The notes beneath the pieces were generated by a model. That model was not told the origin of the DNA, did not search any database, and worked only from the letters and a program-made list of their open reading frames with translations. Below are positions 35,591 to 50,158 of a DNA stretch of 64,000 bases, piece by piece (within the stretch, counting starts at the first letter, position 1; each line of letters begins with the position of its first letter). The translations under genes and the position numbers were made by a program. The stretch is from Octopus vulgaris (lineage: Eukaryota): assembly GCA_951406725.2 (NCBI GenBank), contig OX597831.1:1612001-1676000 (forward strand). Direction: 5' to 3'.

Positions 35591-38500
35591 TAGCTCTTAA
35601 ATCTAGGTCTGAAAACTTGTGATAATTAATTTGGCTGCTGTGTTCAGCAGGTCAAGACATTATAGAACAGTCATAAGCAAACTGTAGCCCATGTGTCTTT
35701 CTGAATGGTGCACTAATGAAGAATTACCTTGAATCTTTTTATATTGTGCCCTGAAAAAGCTTACCCATGTCAGCTACAGAATTTCTCTAACTGGTTTGTG
35801 TGATTGTTGTTTAACCCTAGGCAGTCCTGATTGTACAGACATCAAAAACATCCCAGTCATGACCATCTCATCTTCTTGTCACTGTTCCCCTAAGATCACA
35901 TAGCATCTAATGTGTCCTTTTTTCTAAGGTGGTAATGCAGTGATTCACAATCTTTTAATTACCAATGACCCCTTTATTTAAATAAATTTTTTCCATAAGC
36001 CCTTACCCTTGCCCCAGCTTTTGAAAGGTCTGTATACTCATCATTTTGAACTCACTTCTTGGTATCCTACTTATTTCATTTTGGACCCTGAGGCAACTCT
36101 TACAGAAGTGTAGGGCCAGATCAGCCAGCACATCAGATCACGGCAAGCCAAGGAGAAGGCCCATGACTATCTGTTGTGCCCTTCCTCATTAAAAGAAAAA
36201 GAAAAAAACCCACCGAAGCCCCCCCCACCTCTAGCTTCTTTGAATTGTTAAAGGAACATTCCTCTTGGGGCCCCAAAGTAGTCCTATTCTGTTTTGTCAA
36301 ATTTCTGCAAGAAGCCCTGCCCAAAGGTTCTGCAAGTACGAGTTGGGATCTGTTGCAGTTGTGTGATTAAAGGGAAATTTGGTTGCTATTTCTAGCAACA
36401 AGTGAAGTGATGATTAGTTTTTGTGTGAGTAGTTATAACCCTGTATGGTGGTGGGGATGATGGTTGTGGTAGCAGTAACAATGGTAGTGGTAATTCATAT
36501 TTATGCACACAAGAAATTTAGTTGCTGAGTTTGTTCTCTCGATGTCAAGGTTGGAATACATTAAAAAGGAATTGAGTTAATTATTGACTCGTCAAAAATC
36601 AAGAAAAAGAAAGAAAGAAAGAAGAAAAAAAAGCAACCCAAAACACATGCTTTATTATTCATGTGATGTCATCTTATATATCACTTGCTTTTGTTATTTT
36701 CTTTGTTTGATTCCTTGGCTTTCGGCTTTATGTTCTGTGTTCATTTGAATACACCGAGGTTGACGTTGCTTTCCATCCTTTTGGGGTTCGTAAAGTGAAT
36801 GCCAGTTAAGTACTGGATCAATGTAACCAACCAGCTCCCTTCCCTAAAATTTCAGGCCTTGTGTTTATAGTAGAAAGGATCATCATCATCATTATTGTTG
36901 TTGTTGTTACTGTAATTATTAGGGTGGTGAGCTGGCACAATAAAAAATGCTTAGCAGCATTTCTTCTGGCTTTGTATTCTGAGTTCAAATTCTGTCAAAG
37001 TCAGCTTTGCATTTCACCCTTTCTGGGTCAATAAAATAAGTACCAGTTGATCACTGGGGGTCGATGTAATCCACATACATATACCTCCCCCCATAGGCCA
37101 CATTTCAAACTGTACATTAAGTGTTTTATTAGTCAATGCTAAATACACATAATTTAATTATTTATGTATGGGCTAGATATATATATAAATATTTTAAAGA
37201 GATTTGTTGTGTGAGGCCAGAACAATGCAAGAAGATATGACATAAACTACAAAAAGAAGAGGAAAATAAAATAAAAAGTCTCAGCTTTACCTTGTATTTC
37301 TATATTTTGGGGTTATGACCCCCTTCTTCAGAACATTTGGGAAAAGTGGTGGTTGGAAAAGTCTTTGCTCAGATGTGTGGGAAAGGAAGGAGGATATATA
37401 TATATATAATCATCATTTAATGTCCGTTGTCCATGCTGGCATGGGTTGGATGATTTGACCAGGGCTGGTACTCAGGAAGGCTACACCAAACTCCAGTCTG
37501 ATTTGGCATGGTTTTCTATGGCTTGATGCCCTTTCTAATGCCAACCACTCCTAGAGTGTAATGGGTGCTTTTACATGCCACCAGCACAGGTGCCATTTGC
37601 CTGACACTGGTATTTTGCTTGGCTTGATGGGTCTTCTTCTCAAGCATGACATAATGCCAAAGATCTCAGTCATTGCCTCTGTAAGGCCCAAAACTCAAAA
37701 GGAACTGGGTCACTTTGCCTCCATGAGGCTCAGCACTCATGTACATGATGTATTTACAAGTAACAAAACAGTTAAAAAGAACTAGAATGATTTATAGAAA
37801 CAGTAATTCTTTACTTCAAACAGGTGGAATAAGCTCCTTCAAAATCATAAGCTCATAGTGACTGCCCCTACTTTCTGTTCTAGCTTGGTTGTCCTCAGCA
37901 GAATCTGTAGAATAGGCCAGAAATTGTTTGTGTTGGTATAAATTCGATTATAAAAGAAAATATTACAGTTGTTGTTGTTTAACCTATGGTCAAAAGTATT
38001 CCAGATGTGACCATCCCATATTTTTAGGTGTATATGGAACTACATTATATAATGTTTTGTTTCCTTTTAAAACAGTAGAATGTGATTTGAGGGAGATTTG
38101 GTTCCTATTTCTAGTAGGTTGAGTGATTATATAAAGGCTCCCTCTTTGACTGATTCTATCAATTATGTAAGATATGGCATCTTTAGATTTAGGATTACAA
38201 ACGCATGAGCCGAAGTATTGCAGAATATAATATTCTGCCCACTTAATTCTGAGAAAAAGGAAGAGAAAAAAAAAAAAAAATAATGAAATACCATCAGATA
38301 TTGAACTCTTGATCTTTGATAACATAGTCCATTACCTTAACCACTCAGCTAACCTGTACTGACTTTCTTACAAACAGGTTTATTGAAGGCACATTATTAT
38401 ATCTGAAGTGAAAGACAGGTTACTTCTAGGTGACTCAATGATATAAACGTGCATTTTAATTAATCTTTTTCTTTTTAATGACTTAGCAGAGGGACATCAG

Positions 38501-41410
38501 TACCTTTGACCCTCTCTTCAGGGTGTCTGAGACAGGAGACAAGCTATCCTCAGAGTGGAAAATCAGGGGACTTGCCATGAATGCTTGCAATGAAGCTTAT
38601 TCTACTGAAAGCACCCAAGTGTCAGACAGTAGTGTTTAACTGAACAAAGGACTAAGTCTACCTACCACAGAGGAAGAAAGAAATGTGCACCAGAGAAATA
38701 CACGCATTGATATCCATGAATGAAATATTGTAGTCATTGACAAATCTCGGTGGAGACAATTCAACAGAACAGGTTCTGTCTCTTGTCAGAACCATGTATG
38801 AATGGTGGGTGCGGTATAGTTTGACCTGCAACACTGCTGTTTATCATTTCTATATATTTATGTGATTAAAGACTTTGAAGTAAACTCTAAACACTTCCTC
38901 TGAACCAAAATATACCCTTTTTATCAAGGAAACAAGTTGACATTAAGCTTTGGAAATTTTCATTTACTTCTTTCCATTTTTCTTTTTTTTTCCTCTTCTC
39001 TACTTTTATCCTTTCATAATTTTGTTTACTGATGGATTCACTACCATCATCATCATCATCGTCGTCATCAGTATTGTCATCTGCGTTGTATTAGTTTTTA
39101 CTTACTATTCCATGCTTGCATGGATCAAAACTTTGTTGAAGTAGAATTTTCTATGGCTGGATGCTTTTCCATCACCAACCTTCACCTGTTTCCAAGCAAG
39201 GTAATAGTTTCCCTAATTTATTGAACAATGAACAACCAGGACTTGTTTTTCTAGAGGATAGCACCCTCCCCCTCCAAAAGACACTATTTGTATGATTGGT
39301 GACATCTCAAGATAAAGTCTGTGTGCACACATACATATGCACACACACATACACATGCACACACACACACACATACACACGCTTCTTCCAGTTTTTGTCC
39401 ACCAAATTTTGTTCACAAGGCATTGGTCAACTTGCAGCTATAGAAAAAAAAAACACCAGCCAACAGTGTCTGTGCAGTGGGAGTGAACCCATAACAACAT
39501 GTTTCGGAAGCAAACTTCTCAGCCACATAGTCATGCTGGCTCTTATGTATTTCAGTTAGTTTTCCATTTATTCAAGATTTTTAAAGATTTTAGTAAATTC
39601 TTTAATTTTATATGTAGGTGGTGGTTGTTGTTGTTAAGGTCCACATTAACTTCGATTGTGAAAAGCAAGTAGACATATGATCAAAAGCATTCCAACCATG
39701 ATCATCCTACCTCTTGCCTCAGTTATAGTGTTTCCATGACTACATTTTCCAATGTGTCTTTCTAAGTTTATGTTTTAACCATTTAGCATTTAAACCAGCC
39801 ATATCCAACCCAGATAAAGTATTTGTTTTATGTTCTAACCAGCCAGATCCAGCCTATCACACCTATCCTTCAATACCATTCTAAAAATATACAATCACAT
39901 CATCAAAATTTTGAATCTACTAAATAATGCATGGTTAATTAAATCAATGTCAATGAAAAAACATTACATTTGATAGGATAATCTGAATGCTAAAGGCTTA
40001 ATCCTTTCATTACTGTATTTCTGTTGAGATGCTCTGTCTTTCTATCAATCACTTTAAATATAACAAAGAATTTAGTAAAATAACTTAGTTATCATTAAGC
40101 TAGAGTTAGGAGCGTAAATTGTGACTAAGGTTTGGTGGAAGATTTTAATTCAAAACTTAGGAAGACAAAACATTTGTACTCAGAGCCAGAGCTGGTTTCA
40201 GCCGGTTTGGTAATGAAAGGGTTAAAGATAGTAATGTATTTCTAGAATAAAAGAGATGCGAGTTTCCATTGTCCATTTACTTTTTAAGAAAAGCAGGGTA
40301 TAGTTTGAGGGAGATTTGCTTGCTAGTTCTAGAAGAAGAAAAAGAAGGATCTGAACTCAGCATGCTGTGTTAGAACAAGTACAAATACAAGGCATTCTAT
40401 TTAACACTCTAATGACTGCATGTTCACTACTTTTGATTGAGATTTTTAACTGAAATATGAACAGTTCAGTACATGTGGACTGAGACATGTTGATGGTATT
40501 AAACGGGTTAGTCATAATTGTTTTTGAAATTGTTGTATCCAAAAATATCTTTATGCTGAGAATATTGGAACATTCGTCTCAATATGACAATGAAAACAGA
40601 GTTAATCATTAATTATGGGAGATATTTATAATCTGTTAAGATTTTATTCAATTTGATGGTGGTAAACTTTTGTGCTTTTCTACATAATCATTTAAATATT
40701 TATAAGATATTCTCCACCATCTATTTTTTTTTTATGGCTAAGCAACTGGGTTCTCAATCAAAGGTCATTGATTCAAATTCTGGTGCAGGAGGGGTATTGT
40801 GTTCCTGGACTTAACTTTACATTGCTCTCATCCATCCATCGAGCATTCCATGCTTTTTGTATGCAAGCTGGTGGGGCACAACAGCATTAATAAATCAGTG
40901 ATACAACCAAAACCCTTCAGGCATGAAGAGGAATACATCCAGTGTGGATTGTTATTTCCTATCTTCTTTTTTTGATAGTTACGGTTTACTGAAATATAAA
41001 GTTGCTAGCCTTAACATCTTATCAACAGTTCATCTTTCTGCAATAACACCACCAGATCCTTGGCAAATAAACTTCAGTTTTTATTATTATGCTTACACAC
41101 ACACACACACACACATACACTGGATTGGCAGAATTATTAGGGTACCAGAAAAGATGTTTTACCACATTTGTTCCAGCTCTTTACATGCTGAGTTCATATT
41201 CCACAGAGGTCAACTTTGCCTTTCATCCCTCTGACATCAATATTGTACAGGACCACTCAAATACCGGTGTCAATGGAACTGACTAATCCACATCCCTCAA
41301 AATTACTGATCTCTTTCCTAAATTAGAAACCATTATTATGCTCATACAGCAGTAAATAAGATGAAACAGTGTGTCCTCCATTGTTTTTCACAATGGATAT
41401 TCCATTTGTT

Positions 41411-41821
41411 GGATCTTTTTGGTTTGAACAGCAGTTTTTTCTAGTGGTGTCATATGAAATTGTCACCCATAATTATGACCCTAGAATCGATCTATTGCAT
41501 TTCAATCTCTTTTAGGGTTAGGGGTGGGGGAAGGGTATCTTTTTTTTCTTCACAAATGTAAATAAACCCAATCTGTTTCTTAAACGAAGGACATATTCAT
41601 TATGCACAGAATGCTTTTTAACTCAATTGACGTCACTGATTGGTTGAAATTGCAGAAATTGAAGAAAAAAAACAACAAATATCTTACAAACTATAGAATT
41701 TTTTCAATAAAGCCAAGAGAAAAAGATGTTTTATAAACACATTCTACCAGTATATGAAGTTTAAAATTTTTTAGTTACCTAGAAATTATGTTAAGAACTG
41801 CCGTTCAAACCAAAAAGATCC
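41411..41821. mobile_element. Complete MITE with 26-bp TIRs and 8-bp TSD (Merlin- or hAT-type)
   Basis: GGATCTTTTTGGTTTGAACAGCAGTT ... AACTGCCGTTCAAACCAAAAAGATCC; TSD CATTTGTT at 41403-41410 and 41822-41829; internal TTTAGGGTTAGGGG. Confidence 0.92.
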
Positions 41822-44217
41822 CATTTGTTTAATCAACAGAAATTGTTAATTTTTTAAAGATAGGTAGGAGTGTTTTGAGGAAGATTTGGCTGCTGTATCT
41901 AGCAGATCTAGTGACCACATGAAAACTTCTTTATTAGCTGGTTACTCTTGTTAGCATTGTTGCTGTTGTTGGTCTTGTTGTTAGTGTTACTGTTAATGTT
42001 ACGGCTGTTAGCATTGTTGTTGGTCTTGCTGTTAGTATTGATATTATTATTATTATTATAAACTTGTTACCAGTTCAAATATCTTTGAGACCTATTTGAA
42101 CCCATGACAGCAACTCCTCAGATTTTTTCAAGAGAAGTTTTTGCTATAGATAAAAAGGTGTAAACATATCTGGTCAGTTCGGAATGTCCTCTACTTAGAT
42201 TGTTGGATGCATGCATATCAGAGTAGTCACCTATTCAGCATCGAAGACTGGAAAGAGAAGGGACTCTGAACTAACGGCAAGAGATTAGGTCTCTCTTATT
42301 AGATCCCAGTTAAAATGCTGTAACTGGTTGCCTGTGATCTTTTACAGGGTCTCCAAGACTGGTGGGAAGGAATGAGAAAGGTATCCTCAAACCAAAATCT
42401 TGGCCCAAAATGCTTGCAATAAGAGTAAGTGGTGTTAAATTGAGTGATGAATACAGCCTACCATCTACACACATAGTATAGTGGGATTTGAACTCATAAT
42501 GCAAAGAATTGGAACAAATACCACAAGGCATCCAATGTGATGTTTTTATCAGTCCACTGACTCATCACATAGATTGATATTTGTTTATTGACCCCCCAAA
42601 AAGATAAAAAGAAAAGTTGACTTTAGTATGAGTTGAACTCAGTGAACAGTGTGTCGAGACATATACCATGGAACACTCTGTATCACACGTTAACGATTCT
42701 GCCACTTTGCTGCCTATAAATGTTGTTGTTGTTGTTGTTGTTATATTGTTGTTGGCATTGTTAGTTTTATTGGTCCTCTGGTGTTGGTGGTGTTAAGGTG
42801 GTTGTTATTGTTAGTGTTGAAATTCTATATTCACCTTAGAAACTATATACACTCCACACGCCATTGTAAAGAAGGGGGTCATAGTTATTTTGATTCAAAA
42901 TAGGGCAGATTCCTCCCTCACATATTACTGGTAGTTTTCTCTCCACTCGAAATGACAGAAAAGTCAACCTCAAGAAATCAAGACTAAGTCATGTGACTGG
43001 ATTCAGTGATAGCCTTTCTTCTAAATACTCAAACCTTCGTATGATGCATCTCTCACTCCACTCCAATCTCTCTCTCTCCTTCTCCCCCTCTCTCTCTTCC
43101 TTTCTCTCTAGATAGTTACAAATATTTCTATTCTGTTATTCATAGCCAAAATACCACATTTTACAATCACCACTTACTTACTTACTCAGTCCACCCACCT
43201 CTCACTTGTCTGGCTTTCACCCCCCCCCCCGGGGCCTTCTTCTTTCACTGAGCGAGTCAAAACTTGTTTAAGCAATTGTTATTGTATCGCAATTTAAATT
43301 TCAGTGGTTAAAGTTCCCAGTCAACTCGAAAGAATTACATTTTGTATAATTATAGTTTCAGAAAAATTAGGTTTGCAAATAGAAAATGTCTATGTGTACG
43401 AATGTGTGTGTGTGTGACAAAGCAAGTTTCAAGCTAGCAGTTCAGACAAGAAATGGAAAGAAGAAAAGAGATTTATTCTCCTCCTCCTCTCTTCTATTGA
43501 TTTCACAATGTCTCACCATTCATTGTTTTCTTTGTCTGACATATACAGAAACAAAAGAAACAGGCAATTTTGTTGTGTAGGTCCTGTTTTGGATTGGCTT
43601 TTATGGCTGGATGCCCTTTCTGTCACCAACTACTTTACAGCGTATGTATATGTTTGTTATATATATCACTGCGTGACACCTTGGGCAAGTGTCTTCTACT
43701 ATAGCCTCGGGCTGACCAAAGCTTTGTGAGTGGATTTGGTAGACGGAAACTGAAAGAAGCCTGTTGTATATATATATATATATATCCAAAATCCAGATCA
43801 AAATCGAAATCGATCAACATCAATGGAAATTGCAGCTGTGATACCAGTGCCGGTGGTACGTAAGAGAACCATCCGAATGTGGCCGTTGCCAGCGCCGCCC
43901 CAACTGGTCTCGTGCCGGTGGCACGTAAAAAGCACCATCTGATCATGGCCATTGCCAGCCTTGCCTGGCTCCTGTGCCGGTGGCACATAAAAAGCACCAT
44001 CCGATCGTGGCCGTTTGCCAGCCTCGTCTGGCTTGTAAAAAGCACCCACTACACTCACGGAGTGGTTGGCGTTAGGAAGGGCATCCAGCCGTAGAAACAT
44101 TGCCAGATCTGACTGGGCCTGGTGCAGCCTTCTGGCTTCCTAGACATCAGTTGAACCGTCCAACCCATGCTAGCATGGAAAGCGGGCGCTAAATGATGAT
44201 GATGATGATGATGATGA

Positions 44218-44545
44218 TCTATTATATAAAATCCGTTCTGTCTGTCTGTGTCTTCTAGGATCTCGGGCATCCTCCATCCAATTGCACTCAAATTTGATAT
44301 GTAGATACCGCCGGTATCAGGGTGTGTATAAGTTTTGAAAAAATTACAAAAATCGATTCCAGGTGAGAATGCAATCAATAAAGCTGTGGGAATGTGCATT
44401 TGTATGCGCAAGTACATCAGCTGTTGCAATGTACTTACTGGTACTTTAAACTCTTTGGTTGCATATTTGTGTGAATAAAATCGTTTATCTTTATTTCTTC
44501 TTTTGCTGGTGCCTCAAATTTAGGTTAAATCAGTGTTTCTCAAAG
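44218..44545 (+). mobile_element. Helitron-like repeat inserted at the end of a (GAT)n SINE tail
   Basis: A|TC start (TCTATTATATAAAATCCG...TGTCTGTCTG) and homology to 20520-20795; the 3' end is not resolved. Confidence 0.6.
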
Positions 44546-45666
44546 GGGAGGCCTATGGGACGGTCGGACAAATTGTTTTGAGAAAATTTGGTTTAAATGT
44601 TTGATAACTCAGCACCATTCATTGGATGGGGGGAGGGGGCGTTTTGCTCGTGTGTGTGTGTTTGTGTCTGTGTTTGTCTCCCCATTATCACTTGACAACT
44701 GATGCTGGTGTGTTTATGTCCCTGTAACTTAGCAGTTCAGCAAAAGAGAACCAATAGGGTAAGTACTAAGCTTACAAAGAATAAGTCCTGGGCTCGATTT
44801 GTTTGATTAAAGGCAGTGCTCCAGCATGGCTGCAGTCAAATGACTGAAACAAGTAAAAGAGTAAAAGAGAATATGTATAAAGTACAATGTGGCATAGATA
44901 CAGGCATAGCTGTGTGGTAAGAAGATTGCTTCTCAGTTGCATGTATCTGGGTTCAGTCCCACTGTGTGGAACTTTGGGCAAGTGTCTTCTACAATAGCCC
45001 TAAGCTGATCAAAGCTTTATGAATGAATTTGGTGGATGAAAACTGAAAGATGCCTGGTGTGTGTGCGTACACACACACACACACACACACAGATGCATGC
45101 GCACATATGTATGGCATGTACAGAACTTGTTAAGGTGAATTTTCTACAGCCACATGCTCTTGTTGCCAATCCTCACCTGTTTCCAAGAAAGGTAATATTT
45201 CCCTATGATCATGGAAGACAGAAAAAAAAAAAAAGGATACCACTTACACTCATTTACAAGTCACATGATGTCAGTTCAAAGAGACAGTTACACACACACA
45301 AACACGACAATGTCTTTTAGATTCCATCTACCAAATCTACTCACAAAGCTTTGGTTGGCCCAGGGCTATAGTAGAAGACACTTTTCCACACAACAGGACT
45401 GAACCTAGAACCATGTGGTTTGGAAGCAAACTTCTTACAACACAGTCACACCTACACATGGATACACACACACACACACACACATATGATGTTCTTTATA
45501 GTTAGTGTTAGGTTCATGATCATAATGTTATGGGTTCAATTCCTGAACTAGGCTGTGATGTCCTGAAACCGGAGACCTGGCTTCAGTGAATGCTTGCACC
45601 AGAGTGGACCCTACTAAAGGCACTCAAGGTGACCTGTGGTGGTACTAAGCCAAGCAGCTGGACAGT

Positions 45667-45902
45667 TTCTTATTTCTTTATTGCCCACAAGGGGCTAAAC
45701 ATAGAGGGGACAAACAAGGACAGACGAAGGGATTAAGTCGATTACATCGACCCCAGTGCGTAACTGGTACTTAATTTATTGACCTCGAAAGGATGAAAGG
45801 CAAAGTCGACCTCGGCAGAATTTGAACTCAGAACGTAAAGACAGACGAAATACTGCTAAGCATTTTGCCCAGTGTGCTAACGTTTCTGCCAGCTCACCAC
45901 AA
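45667..45902 (-). mobile_element. tRNA-derived SINE family B with 9-bp TSD
   Basis: Head GAGCTGGCAGAA...GAGTTCAAATTC; central GTCGACTTTGCCTTTCATCCTTTCGAGGTCAATAAATTAAGTACCAG (resembles the MetaSINE domain, from memory); TSD CTGGACAGT at 45658-45666 and 45903-45911. Other copies: 9063-9265, 23020-23225, 26740-26950, 28967-29178, 33910-34370, 36720-37080, 41120-41335, 50797-50973, 51490-51694. Confidence 0.9.
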
Positions 45903-48900
45903 CTGGACAGTATCTATCTACCAAATTCCACTCACAAGGTAAGGCTCAATCCAAGACTATACTAGACAACACTTGCCCATGGTGTTGGAAACACATGATT
46001 GCATGATTGGTTACCAAGTGAACTTCTTGGCTACAAAGCCATATCTGACAAAATTGTTGTTGTGCCTAGTCTCAAGAAATCTATATTAGATTAGAATGTC
46101 TCTGGTGAACGAAGCCTGACATGGTTTTTATTTACAGTGAAAAGGCATTTTAATTTGCTTACATTACTAACATGGTTGTCAATAACACAACCTTGACCAC
46201 CAGCTGTGAGGCTGATGGCTTTTTCCTCTCGTAAATACTACATTGTCATTGTAACCAACACTCTTTCAAACAGCTCAGGCTAACTGGCTGTAAATAGATA
46301 CCATTATGTTGTTGTTTAGCCCGAAGTCAGGGACTTCTCTAACATTTTCATCTTTATTTGAAAAAAAAAAATGGTGATGTGCAGTTTGAGGTTGGTTTGA
46401 CTGGTATTTCTATCATGGTGAGTAATTTCAAGAAGCTTCCTCCTACCATTATCTTACTGGGGGGCTGGATAAACTCCCTTCTGTAAGCTGCTCCTTTACT
46501 TATATGTATAAGGTACAGACATGACCCTGTGGTTAACCAGTTTGCTATTCAACCATTGTGTGGCACTGTGGAAAAGTCTTCCACTAGAGCCACAGGCTGA
46601 CCAATGCTTTCTAAGTGGAATTTGGTAGACAGAAACAGCAAGAAGCTTTTCTTGTGTGTTTGTGTGTTCCCATTAATTTGGTATTGTTTCCATACTGTGT
46701 AAGTGGTGTCACCTGTAGATGGGTCATTGTTAACCTCTGATGCAAAAAACATGTTTGGTTATATGCACACAACATTAACAACATCATGATATAGATGATG
46801 TCTTTGTTTACAACTGCTGCAAAAACATGTCCACATGTTAGTCAAAAGACCAAAGAAAATATTACTCTTTTTGGAAAATGAGTGAGAATTGGTGATAGGA
46901 TGAGCTTCTGATCATAGAAAAAACTTGTATTAATAAAACTCTTCTGACTCATGATAGCATGGAAAATCAGATATTAAAATGATGATGATGGTAAGTCAGT
47001 TTGAAGAGTCAATGACCTAGGCTTTTTCTGACACTTCTGGATGTAGTCAAGAGAGGTGGGGTACTTCTACCCCAATGAATACATTATTGTGACTATATTG
47101 CATTTCATTACAAGCACCCACTACACTCACGGAGTGGTTGGCGTTAGGAAGGGCATCCAGCTGTAGAAACAACCCATGCTAGCATGGAGAACGGACGTTA
47201 AACGATGATGATGATGATGAAGCTCTCATTACAAAGACCATCATAGCCTCTCTCATTTCTTGCCTTCTCTACAAAAAATATGCAAGACTGATAAACACCC
47301 ATTGATGGATACGAGTGGTTATAAGCTGTCGAGTAGAAAATAGATATTAGTTATTTCAGCTCTTTGTGTCTTGGCTTTCTTTGTGTTTCACGTACAAGTG
47401 AAATCAATAAAAAGTTTCAGATTGAAACAGCTGGTCTGGTTGAAACAAATGACTGTCTCTCACTTAGTCTGTCTCCTTCCTATTCTAGCAGTAAACAATA
47501 ACAAACAGCAAAAGCAAACTTTGTTTGCATCCCATGCTATCCAAGACCTAATTATAGAGTTTTCTATTGTATTGCTTGACCTACTAGAAATAGCAAATGA
47601 ATCGCATTTAAATCACAAGCATGCTGTGTCAGAAAGGAAGGACCATTTTGATAATCTAATTTTGTCTGAGTAAATGATGGGGTGATCACTGTTGGAATGC
47701 TTATGATCATAGTAGGATAGCTTGGTCAAGACTGAACTCAGACATCATCATCATCGTTTAACGTCCGTTCTCAATGCTAGCATGGGTTGGACGGTTCGAC
47801 CGGGGATCTGGGAAGCCAGAAGGCTGCACCAGGCTCCGGTCTTATCTGGCAATGTTTCTACAGCTGGATGTCCTTCCTAACGCCAACCACTCTGTGAGTG
47901 TAGTGGGTGCTTTTTACGTGCCACCTGCACTGGAGCCAGACGAGGCTGGCATCGGCCACGGTCGGATTGGTGCATTTTACGTGCCACCTGCACGGAAGCC
48001 AGTCGAGGCGGCACTGGTTTCGGCCATGATTCAGATGGTGCTTTTTACGTGCCACTGACACGGAAGCCAGTCGAGGCGGCGCTGGCATCGGCCATGATTT
48101 GGATAGTGCTTTTTATGTATCTCCAGTCCAGATGTTGTTGGTAATAGATTTTCTAAGGGCCAGTCACTGGTTCACTATGTTTACAATTGTTACAAGTGAC
48201 AAGGGACTGTCTATACAACTAGGGTGTTAATTAATTTTGCCTTAACCTTTTAGCATTTAAACTGACCAAATCCAGCCCAAATATTCTATCTGTTTTAGGT
48301 TCAAATTAGCCAGATCCAGCCTCTCACACCTACCCTACAATGTCATTCTGAGAAGACTCATCAAGACAAGTGAAGTCATAGTTGTGGCTAACGATGGTGT
48401 CACATAACTGGAGTGGTTATTGTTAAGAAGGGCATCCAGCCGTAGAAACCATGCCAGATCAGATTGGAATCTGGTGCAGCTCCTCATCTTACCAGTTTCG
48501 GTCAAACCGTCTAACCCATGCCAGCATGGAAAGCGGATGCTAAATGATGATGATATCATTGAAATCTTTAAGCTACAATATTAATGTATGATTTAATGTG
48601 AAACAATGTGAATAAATAAGCATTACAGTTGGCAGTAATCTGAAAAAGGGTTAAAGAAGTTAATATAAAACTGAACGATGTGATTCTAGATCTTAGTAGT
48701 ACCCCTAAAATAAACTGGGGGAAGGGTACTCATTGCTTGAATACATTTGACCATAGGCTTGCTCGATTGGGATTGACCTAGGGTTAAACAAGTACAACAA
48801 CAACTGTGTCTGGGTATGTGAGTTAAATGTTTTGATTATGGAGACACAACAATAAGTGCAACAACCACAACAACCCAGTGCCTGTGATGAAATATAAACA

Positions 48901-49289
48901 GTGGACTCTTCTGTCAAGACAAACCCCAGCTGTGTTTCTGGTGTCTCCTGGCCATCAAAAAACATACTCATAAATTATTTTTCTGAAAATAAATATGGTC
49001 CCCATATAAAATGTGTGTGGGAAGGAGTAGCTATCAAGATAAGTTTTTTTTGTTAGTGGGAGACAGTGTTATGATAAGTAAAACTGTTGTATTATATTTC
49101 ATTTCTTAAATTATTAATGGCATCAGTAATATGTTTATATATGTGTTTGAGTATGTGTGTATATAATATATATATATATAATATCACTAATATATATATG
49201 TGCTCATGTGTGTGTCTACATATCACTAATATGTATGGGCATATATGTATATGCATGTATATATACATGCGTATGTATGTATACATACA

Positions 49290-50125
49290 CATGGTCTGAT
49301 CAATAAGAATCCGGACTTGAAGCCACTTGGCACAGATTGACCTTAAATTCTGCTGTACATGTGCACTAAGTTTTAACATTCTAGCTCACTTCCACTATTT
49401 ACAGCAGTGCTTGGAAGGAAGGTGTGTAGCGTGTGATCGTCACATTGACCATGAGCGATAAAGTTGAGCAGAGAATCTACATCAAATTTTGTCAAAAGCT
49501 TGGTGATACCTGCTCAGAGGCCTATGCAAAGCTTTCAAAATGTTTTCATCGTTCTTGACGCAATCAGAAGATTTTGAGCAGCTGAAACCCAGTGTCCTTT
49601 TGGTAAGCTGAAAGCAGTTTTGGCAGGAACATGACAGATATGCGTCTCATGCCCAAATCTTCAGTGATATTGGACTGAACTGTAACTAATGTGCACATCC
49701 TCTAATATCTCATGGATGGTGATTCAGTGATTTCCCCTCACAGCTGCAATCACATCTATGATGTTTTTCTCAGTTCTGCTGGCTGCAGGTCTCTCAAGAT
49801 GTTTGTCAATATTGAGACTTTTTTGGCCATCTTGGAAATGTCTGAACCACTTGTGCACTTGTGTGTGGCTAATACACTCCTCTCCATACACTTTCCTGAG
49901 CAGGTATCAGCATGACAACTTTCTCTGTCATGGTCAATACGACGATCATACGCTACACACCTTCCTTCCAAGCACTGCTGTAAACAGCGGAAGTGAGCTA
50001 GAACATTAAAACTTAATGCACATACACAGCAGAGTTCAAGGTCAATCTTTGCCAAGTGGCTTTACTCTGTGTGCTTTGGCTTCATTACTATGGCAACAGA
50101 CTAGATACTTACTGATCAGATCTCG
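49290..50125. mobile_element. Mariner derivative made of two inverted 5' ends
   Basis: 49290-49520 pairs with about 49890-50125. The left arm encodes MSDKVEQRIYIKFCQKLGDTCSEAYAKL. The minus strand continues YGEECISHTQVHKWFRHFQDGQKSL...ITEDLGMRRISVMFLPKLLS. No catalytic domain is present. Confidence 0.88.
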
Positions 50126-50158
<33 letters not shown>

